Part shown: positions 55,649 through 64,000 of the stretch, in pieces
How the letters are laid out: each line of letters begins with the position of its first letter
Position numbering within the stretch: the stretch's first letter is position 1
DNA from: a virus
Virus record (IMG/VR): IMGVR_UViG_3300045988_081419
Location: 22,541 to 86,540 of that record
Length of the DNA stretch: 64,000 nt
Reading direction: 5' to 3' (one strand)
Program-made: the position numbers and the translations under genes
Notes under the pieces: generated by a model
Told to the model about the DNA's origin: nothing
Database searches by the model: none
What the model saw: the letters and a program-made list of their open reading frames with translations, nothing else

Positions 55649-55960
55649 TTACTCTATATAAGATTGTACAGTGTCTTGAAGCACTTCGTCAACAACACCG
55701 ATAATACGCTCAAATGCCTGTTGCTGTGTTTCTCCCGGCTGTACTTCATCAGTAAGCCAACAATCAACACGAAGAGACTCATAGTTATCCATGTTCTTTG
55801 TAATACCCAAATTCACTCCCACAACACCCACACTCTGCTGTTTTCTGTGGTGGTCGTTAGGTGTTCCACTCTTGAGTGTTTCTTGATTTTTACTTGTGCC
55901 TTTTGTAACTGTAGTGTTCTCTGTTGCTGTCTGCTTCAATGATTTCTTCTTTAATGCCAT
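55649..55960 (-). CDS. Hypothetical protein
   Basis: 103 aa. It shares the leader AAGGAGGAAATTATCATGGC with the gene at 57181. Confidence 0.5.
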   Translation of the reverse strand: MALKKKSLKQTATENTTVTKGTSKNQETLKSGTPNDHHRKQQSVGVVGVNLGITKNMDNYESLRVDCWLTDEVQPGETQQQAFERIIGVVDEVLQDTVQSYIE

Positions 55961-55986
55961 GATAATTTCCTCCTTGCAGAAACAGA

Positions 55987-56328
55987 TTAGTCAAGAATAA
56001 GACCATGACGGTCAGCGTCTTTAATATCCACAGATAACACAAAGTCCTTATTCTCAAGAGTCAGCTTTAAAACTTTACCCTTGTCATTGAAATTGGTAAC
56101 TTTAAAGTCATCACCCAGATTAAACTTACCAGAGATAAGTGCTGTTGCTCTTTCAAGTTTAAGAGTAGACGCTCCTGCTTCTTTCTCTGCTTCTTGCTGT
56201 GCAATGATAGCTTCACTCTCAGCCTTTGTCAAATGCTTCTCCTCAGCTTCCTTTTTGGTCTCTTCAACCTGTGCTTCTGTCTGTGCTACTTTTGCTTCTT
56301 CTTTTGCTTTCTTTTTAAGACTTGCCAT
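55987..56328 (-). CDS. Hypothetical protein
   Basis: 113 aa with a K/E/A-rich N-terminus. Confidence 0.5.
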   Translation of the reverse strand: MASLKKKAKEEAKVAQTEAQVEETKKEAEEKHLTKAESEAIIAQQEAEKEAGASTLKLERATALISGKFNLGDDFKVTNFNDKGKVLKLTLENKDFVLSVDIKDADRHGLILD

Positions 56329-56344
56329 CTTAAATTACCTCCTA

Positions 56345-56674
56345 TTATCCAAATATTTTTTTAAATAACTCTTGCCACTTCAACTGCACATTGCGAGTGA
56401 AATTGGTTTGAGATATTTTCTTACCAGTAGAGATTTGTGCTTTCTCTGCACACTCTACTAAAATCTCAATCTGCTCCTTAGAATAAAGACGTTTTCCCTC
56501 AATCTTAAAAGGGGTCTTAGGGATAGTTCCTGCTATCTCCCACTTACGCACTGTCTGAGACGTTCTACCTAAGTATGTAGCCACTACATTGATATTGTAC
56601 AGTGTAGTGGTGTACCCAGTCTTCGGATTAGTGTAGGGAATCTCTCTATCCCAAGGAGATAACTCTAAACTCAT
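56345..56674 (-). CDS. Helix-turn-helix (MerR/excisionase-like) DNA-binding protein
   Basis: NVVATYLGRTSQTVRKWEIAGTIP. Confidence 0.55.
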   Translation of the reverse strand: MSLELSPWDREIPYTNPKTGYTTTLYNINVVATYLGRTSQTVRKWEIAGTIPKTPFKIEGKRLYSKEQIEILVECAEKAQISTGKKISQTNFTRNVQLKWQELFKKIFG

Positions 56675-56686
56675 TTAGACTACCTC

Positions 56687-57181
56687 CTACTTACTCTTCT
56701 TTGAAGCCGCTCTTAAAGCATGAGACACATCTACTTCCGGCATTTCTTCCGCTTTTACAACTGAGACAGAATATGAGGTCTTAACATCACAAAGACTCTC
56801 AAACTCTTCCTGTGTAATGTCTCCATTGGAAACTGCGTTGGAAAGTGCTTTCTCATTGATTTCCTCCACTGTCTTAATAGTGACACACTTCTTATAGAGA
56901 CCTTTTTCTTTCAGAAGTTCAATAGTTTCCTCCTGCTTGAGTGATACAGATTTCTTTGCAACTTTACCTACATTAAAATCTCCTGCTTCATAGTAGAAAC
57001 TTCCTTTACTGTCTTTTACTCCTAAAATCTCAGACGCTTCTTTCAGCTTGTCTGCAAGATTTTTCTTTGACCCATCAAGTATTTTAATCTGAGCAGATAA
57101 CTCAGAATACTCAGTAGCCATTTTAGCAACTTCCGCAGGTGTATATTTTGGTTTAGCACCTTTTACAAGTTTTAATGCCAT
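56687..57181 (-). CDS. Hypothetical protein
   Basis: Start moved to MALKLVKG behind SD AAGGAGGA. Confidence 0.5.
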   Translation of the reverse strand: MALKLVKGAKPKYTPAEVAKMATEYSELSAQIKILDGSKKNLADKLKEASEILGVKDSKGSFYYEAGDFNVGKVAKKSVSLKQEETIELLKEKGLYKKCVTIKTVEEINEKALSNAVSNGDITQEEFESLCDVKTSYSVSVVKAEEMPEVDVSHALRAASKKSK

Positions 57182-57245
57182 GATAATTTCCTCCTTACTT
57201 TTACTTGGTAAAAGTATAACATCAAATGAAAAAGTAGTCAATAAC

Positions 57246-58781
57246 TTATTTGAAACCTCTACTGAATAAAGACCTTTCTTTTCTCTTCTTATTAGTAGAA
57301 AGAACACTAAACTTTAACTTTCTGTACACCTTGTCTCTTGTAGCACCATGACTACTAATAGAATAACTCTGAGAAAATCTGTAATCATAGAGTTTTGCTC
57401 TTTCCAATTTACCCTCTTTTCTTCTTCTGATACGTCCTACTGCTTGCTCTACATTTTTCTCACTATTAACAGAAGACACTAAAAAGCCACACTCCCATGA
57501 CTTTACATTTGTACCCTCTGTAGCTTTAGCATAAGTAGCAAGAGTGATTAAACACTGCCTTGACTCTGCTCTCTCCATAAGCACATCAGACTTCTCTTTA
57601 TTATCACCATAATACAAAAGAATAGTTTCCTCCGGCACAAAAAGTTTCAAATATTTATAATAAGAAACAATATGTTCTTTCTGAGTGAAAAAAGCAATAC
57701 AGCTATGACCCTCTCTGTACTCTTTTATAATGTCCTTACAAACACCTATCATGTGTTTCTTATTACTCACCAGACAGTCATCTACAACTAAAAAAGGTAC
57801 TCTAGGTCTATCCTCATAAGACATTTCAGAAAGTAGTTTAACCTTGTCTGGAAGTTCTTCCTCACTGAAATCTCTCTTATTAAAAACTTGGTTATCATAT
57901 AGAAAAGGTTCATACACTGCTTTAGACTCTTTCAAAATAACGTCCACTGGAAGAATATCCTTGTCTTCTGCTACATATTCACTTTTAAATACTATTCCTC
58001 CGAAAAACAGGTCAAATACAAAGTCAAGACCATCACCTCTTTTTGGTGTTGCGGTGAGTCCTAACTTATACTTACTGTTAAATCGGTCAATGATATTAAA
58101 GATATTAAGTCCTACATGGTGACATTCATCTTGAATCACAAGACCAAACCTGTCTAAATAAGACTCAAGTTCTTCCTCACTCATTCTACTTAGTGTCTGT
58201 ACAGTGGCAATAGTTATCTGCTTACCCACAACTCTTTTCTTAGCTTTAATAAGACCCGGAACAACTTCTCTGTCAAAACATAGGTCTATGTCTTTCTGCC
58301 ACCCAGTAACAAGGTCATCTTTATGTACCAGTATTAAAGTCTTTTGTTGGAGTGTTGAAGCTATATTTAACGCAAGAATAGTCTTACCCTTACCTGTTGG
58401 TAACTGGATAAGACTCTTAGGAACTTTCTCCTTTTTAACACTGTACATATAAGCCCCTTTTGCTTTCTCTTGGTCTTCTCTAAGTTCTAAAACAAAAGGA
58501 GGGTACTCCACATTAGATATAACCCTGTCATCTGTAATATCAGAAAAAGATATATGCACATCTAAAAGACTTTCAAGATTAACACCTATTGGAATACTAA
58601 GACCTTGCTTTGTGTCCTTAAAATAGTTTAAATATGGAGGTATAGTGATATATTTACACCGGGAATATCTTTTCGCTGACAAATAAGCCGGATTGTCAAA
58701 AGTAAGAGAGGTCTTTATCTTCTCCACTTGACTATCTGATAACCCACTTACTAACTGTCTATTACTTTTTATCACTTTCAT
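57246..58781 (-). CDS. SF2 (DEAD/ResIII-type) DNA helicase
   Basis: LPTGKGKTILAL (motif I), VIQDECHH (motif II), and motif VI-like QAVGRIRR. Confidence 0.75.
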   Translation of the reverse strand: MKVIKSNRQLVSGLSDSQVEKIKTSLTFDNPAYLSAKRYSRCKYITIPPYLNYFKDTKQGLSIPIGVNLESLLDVHISFSDITDDRVISNVEYPPFVLELREDQEKAKGAYMYSVKKEKVPKSLIQLPTGKGKTILALNIASTLQQKTLILVHKDDLVTGWQKDIDLCFDREVVPGLIKAKKRVVGKQITIATVQTLSRMSEEELESYLDRFGLVIQDECHHVGLNIFNIIDRFNSKYKLGLTATPKRGDGLDFVFDLFFGGIVFKSEYVAEDKDILPVDVILKESKAVYEPFLYDNQVFNKRDFSEEELPDKVKLLSEMSYEDRPRVPFLVVDDCLVSNKKHMIGVCKDIIKEYREGHSCIAFFTQKEHIVSYYKYLKLFVPEETILLYYGDNKEKSDVLMERAESRQCLITLATYAKATEGTNVKSWECGFLVSSVNSEKNVEQAVGRIRRRKEGKLERAKLYDYRFSQSYSISSHGATRDKVYRKLKFSVLSTNKKRKERSLFSRGFK

Positions 58782-59199
58782 TTTTCAGTTTCTCCTTTCT
58801 TTTCTGTCTTCGTCTTTCATTTATTCTTTCCTTATTAGCTTCATAATATGCTTTTTGTCGGGCAACAATCTCTTCCTTATGTGATTCATAATAGGACTTC
58901 TGATAAGTAAGTTTCTCCTCTCTATGGTTTTGGTACTGTCTTCTTTTAGTCTCCTTTCTTCTGTCAGTACCTTTACGTTTTTGTTCATAGGCTCTATCTC
59001 TTGCCTTAGTATATTCTCCCTTATCTGCTCTATTATGCACATACTTAGCTGTTAAATCAGCTTGATACAATCTTCCTTTCTTTATGGAGTCTTCAATTAT
59101 CCTTGACTGCTTTCTCTCCTCATGTGTTAAAACATCACTGTCATTGATACAGTCACTAAATTTACACTCCAAACACTTCATGTCACATATCATAATCAC
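58762..59199 (-). CDS. Basic K/R/E-rich hypothetical protein
   Basis: 145 aa with an N-terminal Cys cluster CDMKCLECKFSDC. Confidence 0.45.
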   Translation of the reverse strand: MIMICDMKCLECKFSDCINDSDVLTHEERKQSRIIEDSIKKGRLYQADLTAKYVHNRADKGEYTKARDRAYEQKRKGTDRRKETKRRQYQNHREEKLTYQKSYYESHKEEIVARQKAYYEANKERINERRRQKRKEKLKNESDKK

Positions 59200-59271
59200 A
59201 CCTGCACTTCTTTAAAACACTGTACATATTATAACATATTTCTCACTAAATAACAAAGACGCAACAGACTA

Positions 59272-59360
59272 CCAGAGTCCATTACGTCTTTAATTATAAT
59301 TATTTAATATAATATATAAATAACTTAATATTATATATTACAGAGGTAATGCCAGAGTCC
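59272..59360. repeat. 71-bp AT-rich segment bracketed by 9-bp direct repeats CCAGAGTCC
   Basis: CCAGAGTCC at 59272-59280 and 59352-59360. The ends of the enclosed segment are imperfect inverted repeats (ATTACGTCT / AGAGGTAAT). Its right end belongs to a 25-nt exact repeat also found at 26062-26086. Confidence 0.5.
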
Positions 59361-59361
59361 T

Positions 59362-60795
59362 TTATTTAACTCTAAGTTTCTGACCCACATAAATCAGATT
59401 CTTATTAGCAATACCATTTAACTGAACAAGTCTGTCAACAGTAGTTCCATATTTCTGAGCAATAGCAGTTAAATTGTCACCCGGCTGTACTTTATAGTAA
59501 GTAGGTGTGCTGTTACCTTTAAGCTGTCTGTTTACTTCTGCCTGTACTTCGTCTGGGTCATAACCCTCTGCCGACAGATTATTTCTTCTGGCTGTACCAT
59601 TTCCGTACTTACCTGCAATAACGTCTTTTGCGACTTGTGCAATACTCTTTGATGGTTTAGAGTTGCCCTTCAAAATCTCATTGACTCTCTTTTGAACCTC
59701 ATCATAGTTAAAGCCCATTGATTCTACTGCTTTCTTTCTGGTATCACCATTTCCATAAACACCTTTGATACACTCTCTTGCAACTTCATCAAGTGTTTTG
59801 CTAGGTGCAGTAGGAGGTGTAACACTTCCACCAGAAGCATATTTAGGTCTTGCATAACCTCTGATAAATCCCCAACCTACAGGAATTTGTCTTCTTGCAA
59901 CTGCTTCATCTTTATTACCCTCAATAACAGTGATAGTATTGCCAGACACAGACTCAACATAACCAATGTGGTCTGAATATCCATCATTAGGCTGAGTAGA
60001 ATCACCCCAGTTGTAAAGGATAATATCACCCGGCTGAGGTTTAATTGTTCCATCTTCAATCCAGATACCTTTACTTTGGAAAATCTTAATGTGCTGTTCA
60101 CAACCACACTCTGTACCAATAAGGTCTACAACACCTGCCTTAATAGCGGCGGCTGAAACACAAGTGTCACACCATTCATCAGAGTATTTCACTGCATAAC
60201 CTCTTGCAAGTGGCTTGTGTGAGTTATAAAGGTCAATAATCTGTTTGTGCTTTCCATTGGCTTCACTGAATCCTAACCAACTTCTCATTACGTTTAAAAC
60301 GTCTTGTGCTGTTCTTCCCATAGTAGAATTTCCTCCTTTTTCATCATACTGTGTCAAATTGCATTGAACAACTAAAGCATAGGTGTTCTCCACATATTTA
60401 CTGCTTGTAGCATAACCATCAGCTTTAATGGTCTCAAGATATTTCTTAGGGTCTGTAATTCCCCGGAGATTTTGGTATCTAGGTAACTGAATAAATTCAA
60501 AGTAACCTTTGACACCCTCTTCCATAGAATTGTAGACTCTAAAGTTGTCTTTGATTGTGGTTGAAACACCCGGCTGATACTCTTCTTGAGTAGTCATGTT
60601 TACAGATGGTCCTTTCCACTTAGTACCACACTTGAGACCAAAGTAGTTATGGTACTTAGCAGAGAGTTTACTTTCTCCCCAACCACTCTCAAGGATTGCT
60701 TGTGCAATGATAGAACTATGTACTAAAATACCATAACTCTTAGCATATTTCTGTACATAACCTGCAATCTGTTTAATGAAAGTCTGTTTGTCCAT
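59362..60795 (-). CDS. Multidomain endolysin (GH73 glucosaminidase + CHAP + 2 Cpl-7-like repeats + LysM)
   Basis: [18 protein letters not shown] (GH73). WCDTCVS...SDHIGYV (CHAP Cys/His). Tandem repeats ...[23 protein letters not shown]... and ...[23 protein letters not shown].... C-terminal [17 protein letters not shown] (LysM). Confidence 0.9.
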   Translation of the reverse strand: MDKQTFIKQIAGYVQKYAKSYGILVHSSIIAQAILESGWGESKLSAKYHNYFGLKCGTKWKGPSVNMTTQEEYQPGVSTTIKDNFRVYNSMEEGVKGYFEFIQLPRYQNLRGITDPKKYLETIKADGYATSSKYVENTYALVVQCNLTQYDEKGGNSTMGRTAQDVLNVMRSWLGFSEANGKHKQIIDLYNSHKPLARGYAVKYSDEWCDTCVSAAAIKAGVVDLIGTECGCEQHIKIFQSKGIWIEDGTIKPQPGDIILYNWGDSTQPNDGYSDHIGYVESVSGNTITVIEGNKDEAVARRQIPVGWGFIRGYARPKYASGGSVTPPTAPSKTLDEVARECIKGVYGNGDTRKKAVESMGFNYDEVQKRVNEILKGNSKPSKSIAQVAKDVIAGKYGNGTARRNNLSAEGYDPDEVQAEVNRQLKGNSTPTYYKVQPGDNLTAIAQKYGTTVDRLVQLNGIANKNLIYVGQKLRVK

Positions 60796-60861
60796 TCTAG
60801 TTCCTCCAATCTTTCAGAAAAGGCTGACACATGGTTTTATGTCAGCCCCTCATGTAATTTA

Positions 60862-61221
60862 TTATTCTTTTGGTGTAGTGTCATCTGGTGTAAAATCTGG
60901 GAGTTTGCTCTTCCAGAAGCGTTTCACAATATCAATAAAGTAATCCCAACCTTTTGCGGTAATAAGGGCAACGATAAAGCTGATAAAAATAATTGCCACT
61001 AAATAATACCACACAAAGGCAATTCCCTTGTACGAAATGTACATAAAGAATAAAGTCACACAAACCACTAAAGACAGGAATAACACCTGCAAAGTAGTCG
61101 GGATTTTCTTGAGAAAACCTAAATCCTTTGTGAACTCGGTGATGACGGAAATCAGAATACAGATACCACATAACACTGCAAGCAGGACGGAACTGTATTC
61201 AACTAACATTCCTACATTCAT
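60862..61221 (-). CDS. Holin
   Basis: Three predicted TM helices, directly upstream of the endolysin. Start at MNVGML behind SD AAGGAGG. Confidence 0.65.
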   Translation of the reverse strand: MNVGMLVEYSSVLLAVLCGICILISVITEFTKDLGFLKKIPTTLQVLFLSLVVCVTLFFMYISYKGIAFVWYYLVAIIFISFIVALITAKGWDYFIDIVKRFWKSKLPDFTPDDTTPKE

Positions 61222-61259
61222 CTTTGTTACCTCCTTTTTAGATTTTAAAATAAAGTCGG

Positions 61260-61874
61260 TCAACATTCAGAGTCTTCATGGTCTCTTTCTCTGCTGACTT
61301 TCCTTACTTCCTTAACTTGTTTCCACTTATACATTTCTTTCTGTACTGTGGAATGAACAAAGGAGTTATCTCCTCCGTGTTTCTCATACTGGTCTATAAG
61401 GTCTTTCAGTGATTCAAACTGCATAGCGGTACAGACCTGCTCTGGTGTACACTCCCTGTAGATTCGTTCTATCTTTTCTTTGATTTCAGCCCTTTTTGTC
61501 TCAGAGTTTTTCTTTTGGATATTGAGAGTAATTTCTTTAAGGTCAGCAATCTGTTCTGATTGACCCCTCATAACCTCATACATTTCATTTCTGATTCTTT
61601 GAGAATCTTCCCTGTCGTGTTTTCTGTTTCTTTCTCTCTCTTCTCTGTTATCCTTAACCTCTTTCCGCAATTCAATGACTGATTCCTTTAATTCATAAAC
61701 AAGGGCATGAAAATCTTCTTCTTGATTTTTAGTTTTTCTCCATTTATTTAGATGCTTTGATAATTTCTTTTTTTGAGTAAGATATAACATTAAAAGTGCC
61801 AAAATTAAAAGAGAAGCGTAAACAAGGTCTACAGCCTTGACATTTGCCATAAGTTCTAAGATAGACTTATTCAA
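61260..61874 (-). CDS. Membrane-anchored coiled-coil protein (lysis-module associated)
   Basis: N-terminal TM helix followed by K/E-rich coiled coil. TTG start behind AAGGAGGAG. Confidence 0.5.
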   Translation of the reverse strand: MNKSILELMANVKAVDLVYASLLILALLMLYLTQKKKLSKHLNKWRKTKNQEEDFHALVYELKESVIELRKEVKDNREERERNRKHDREDSQRIRNEMYEVMRGQSEQIADLKEITLNIQKKNSETKRAEIKEKIERIYRECTPEQVCTAMQFESLKDLIDQYEKHGGDNSFVHSTVQKEMYKWKQVKEVRKVSRERDHEDSEC

Positions 61875-61977
61875 AGTACTCTCCTCCTTATTTAGTATTT
61901 ACAAAAGTAATGATACCACATTGAAAAATGTTTGTCTATAGAAAAGACCCTTGAATTACTTCAAAGGTCTTGTGTAG

Positions 61978-62133
61978 TTAGGACTGCTTTCTCGCTCTGC
62001 TTTTTACTAAATCAGCATGACCTTTGTTAGTCAAGTCCTCTTTTACTTCTTCTTTAAGCTGTGCAGGTACTCCTGCATAAGTCTTATCACCTGCAATAAT
62101 TTTGTTAGCCCAAAGTTGTGAAATAAGTCTCAT
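61978..62133 (-). CDS. XkdX-like small protein (51 aa), paralog 1
   Basis: Below the ORF-track cutoff. MRLISQLWANKIIAGDKTYAGVPAQLKEEVKEDLTNKGHADLVKSRARKQS. Similar to the next gene (LWAQRIMNGKKTYDQVPRLLKEQVKE). Confidence 0.5.
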   Translation of the reverse strand: MRLISQLWANKIIAGDKTYAGVPAQLKEEVKEDLTNKGHADLVKSRARKQS

Positions 62134-62159
62134 ATTGTTACCTCCTTATGCAGTTTTTG

Positions 62160-62309
62160 TTAGACAGTAGGTGTCTTCTCTTCTGTGATAAGAAACTCTA
62201 CACCACTCTCAATGAGAATTTCCTTGACCTGCTCTTTAAGAAGTCTAGGAACTTGGTCGTAAGTCTTCTTACCATTCATAATTCTTTGTGCCCAAAGCAT
62301 AGCAATCAT
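62160..62309 (-). CDS. XkdX-like small protein, paralog 2
   Basis: Start at MIAMLWAQ behind SD AAGGAGGGAG. Confidence 0.5.
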   Translation of the reverse strand: MIAMLWAQRIMNGKKTYDQVPRLLKEQVKEILIESGVEFLITEEKTPTV

Positions 62310-62361
62310 GGTGTCTCCCTCCTTTCCATAGATTAGCCTAAACAAAAGCATATTTAAAGCA

Positions 62362-62655
62362 CTAAGCATAGACCACAGAGCTCATTTCCAGAATCATATC
62401 TTCTAATGCTGTTGCTTTGTCATTAAGGGAGACTTGTCCGGCAGATAACGCTTGAAGAAATTCATCTTTTTCATATTCTTTAACATCATAGGAGAATAAA
62501 GGTCCTAACTCTTGACCCTCCTCTAATTGTTCTTTTTCTTGCTGTCTTTCACTCTCTGGAACTTCCTTGATGTTAGTGTTTAAATACACATGAGATTCAT
62601 CAAATTCAATTTCAAGAGGTCTTACAGTTGATTGAACACTCTTAATTTCTTTCAT
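62362..62655 (-). CDS. Hypothetical protein
   Basis: Start at MKEIKSV behind SD GGAGGA. Acidic. Confidence 0.5.
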   Translation of the reverse strand: MKEIKSVQSTVRPLEIEFDESHVYLNTNIKEVPESERQQEKEQLEEGQELGPLFSYDVKEYEKDEFLQALSAGQVSLNDKATALEDMILEMSSVVYA

Positions 62656-63805
62656 TGTTCTTTCCTCCATTCTTTAAATGATTTTGGTAGTACTCCTGTA
62701 TATGAGGTTCTAATGGTTTAAAGTATTTCTCACATAATCTGTGTCCATTACAATAACCCACCCAACCTTTATAAGAATTATAACAACAGTAATCAGAATA
62801 GGACATTTCTGTTCCACTTTTTACCTTCATTCTTATTTTACTCAGCTTAGATTTTAACCTCTTAGCTGTAGAGTTTCTTAGGAGTATAAAATCCGGGAAA
62901 ATCCTATAACCTACAAAGTCAACACCTCTGTCTGCTATAGGGAACACTTGATAATTACCTTTTATTGTTAAGTGCCTGTCAGTAATCATGTACTCAATAA
63001 TTTCCAATTTTAATTGTTGCAGGTACTCTTTAGAGTGATGCAGGATAACTATGTCATCCATATATCTGTAGTAATACTTGACTCTCTTAACCTCTTTTAT
63101 CCAGTGGTCGAAAGGAGATAAATAAAAATTACCACTGAACTGAGAAAGATAGTTCCCAATAGGAATACCTGTGTCTGGTGCTTCTTTGATATTAAGTTCA
63201 AGATACCATAACAAGTTTTCATCTTTAAATAATCTATGATAGTCCCTTATAAGAACTTCCCTATCTATTGATGGATAAAATTTCTTAACATCCATCTTTA
63301 AACAGTACGTTGTACCCTCTGGGTCTGCCTTTATATCTGCACTAATACGTTTAAAAGCTAAATGAATACCTCTATCTGGAATTGCCGAATAAGTATCATA
63401 TATTAGCTGTCTTAACAGTATAGGAGATATTACCTGCAACACCGCCCACTGAATGACTCTTTCTGGAAAATATCGTGACTTATAAATTTCCCTCTCTTTA
63501 CCACGCTCTTTTCGTGTAAACTTCTCATAGGGTAGTGGTGTGTAAGTCTTAAAGACCAACATATCTTGTATAGCCTTTAGGTGTTTCTTTGGGTCTTTAT
63601 TAAATTCACGAACTTCTTTGTACCATTTCTTTCCCTTACTTGCATTTTTATGAGCAAGTTCTAGGTTATCCATAGAACAAATTCTTTCCCATATTGTTTG
63701 CGTCCTGTCTTCTTTCCCAGTATTAGGGTCAATAGGGTACAGGTGACGCTTCATTTTCCATGTACTCACAAGCCTAATCTTCAAACGCTTTATAAAGTCG
63801 TACAC
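62642..63805 (-). CDS. Diversity-generating retroelement (DGR)-type reverse transcriptase
   Basis: RT motifs in order: KGKKWYKEV, KEREIYKSRYFPERVIQWAV, the DGR-diagnostic IPIGNYLSQFSGNFYL, and the catalytic RYMDDIVIL. About 370 aa with no maturase or endonuclease domain. The true start may be MKRHLYP (63754). Confidence 0.75.
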   Translation of the reverse strand: MYDFIKRLKIRLVSTWKMKRHLYPIDPNTGKEDRTQTIWERICSMDNLELAHKNASKGKKWYKEVREFNKDPKKHLKAIQDMLVFKTYTPLPYEKFTRKERGKEREIYKSRYFPERVIQWAVLQVISPILLRQLIYDTYSAIPDRGIHLAFKRISADIKADPEGTTYCLKMDVKKFYPSIDREVLIRDYHRLFKDENLLWYLELNIKEAPDTGIPIGNYLSQFSGNFYLSPFDHWIKEVKRVKYYYRYMDDIVILHHSKEYLQQLKLEIIEYMITDRHLTIKGNYQVFPIADRGVDFVGYRIFPDFILLRNSTAKRLKSKLSKIRMKVKSGTEMSYSDYCCYNSYKGWVGYCNGHRLCEKYFKPLEPHIQEYYQNHLKNGGKNNERN

Positions 63806-64000
63806 CCTTATTCAGCTACCAACAAGACTGTGTAGGCATTTCAGAGTACCAGTTGTTTTACCATCATTTTATGTGTCATTTAATACTAATGACCTAACCT
63901 ATGTTAGAGAGGTAAGGTAAAATAGTCTACACGGATTTTTTAATTCCAAAATGTTATATAAACACTTCCAGAACTGAGTACAGTGCCGTGAAGTGGTCGC
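63806..64000 (-). other. Non-coding region upstream of the RT: probable DGR spacer and 3' end of the template repeat (truncated by window)
   Basis: There is no ORF. AT-rich for about 150 nt, then GC-richer at 63960-64000 (minus strand GCGACCACTTCACGGCACTGTACTCAG). In DGRs the TR normally lies just upstream of the RT gene. Confidence 0.35.

Noticed and set aside
62642-63805. The reverse transcriptase, considered as a group II intron, retron or Abi-type RT.
   Set aside because: It lacks a maturase/X or endonuclease domain and flanking intron-like structure. Motif 4 is the DGR-type IGNxxSQ rather than the QGxxxSP type. Its position next to the tail/lysis junction fits a phage DGR.

Overview
This window is about 64 kb of a low-GC tailed dsDNA phage genome. 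It looks Firmicutes/Clostridia-like: GGAGG-type SDs, a GH73-CHAP-Cpl7-LysM endolysin, and SpoVS-, SleB- and XkdX-like genes. Every credible gene is on the minus strand, and I regard the plus-strand ORFs in the track as antisense artefacts. In transcription order (high to low coordinates) the window contains: a DGR-type reverse transcriptase cut by the window edge; the lysis cassette; a replication module (SF2 helicase, DnaC-like loader, DnaB-like helicase, DnaG primase, HU, family A polymerase); a recombination/repair module (RecA-like, Cas4-like exonuclease, two PD-(D/E)XK nucleases, UvrD-like helicase); a nucleotide metabolism module (dUTPase, ThyX, NrdDG); a stand-alone Spo11/Top6A-like protein; a 7-deazaguanine DNA-modification cluster (dpdA-like, folE, queC, queE, queD); a block of small early-type genes broken up by three large repeat-rich non-coding islands; a 2.1 kb promoter-to-terminator non-coding operon; a Ro60/Rsr (TROVE-vWA) gene; a DNA ligase; and the large terminase, portal and scaffold. 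The most unusual signal is inside the non-coding operon. Beside 6 canonical tRNAs and one aberrant tRNA, and directly upstream of the Ro60 gene, it carries two tandem ~150-nt RNAs that are complete but circularly permuted tRNA cloverleaves (Y-RNA/YrlA-like). It also holds about 1 kb of unexplained hairpin-rich spacer. All family assignments come from motifs read by eye and recalled family knowledge. No searches were run.
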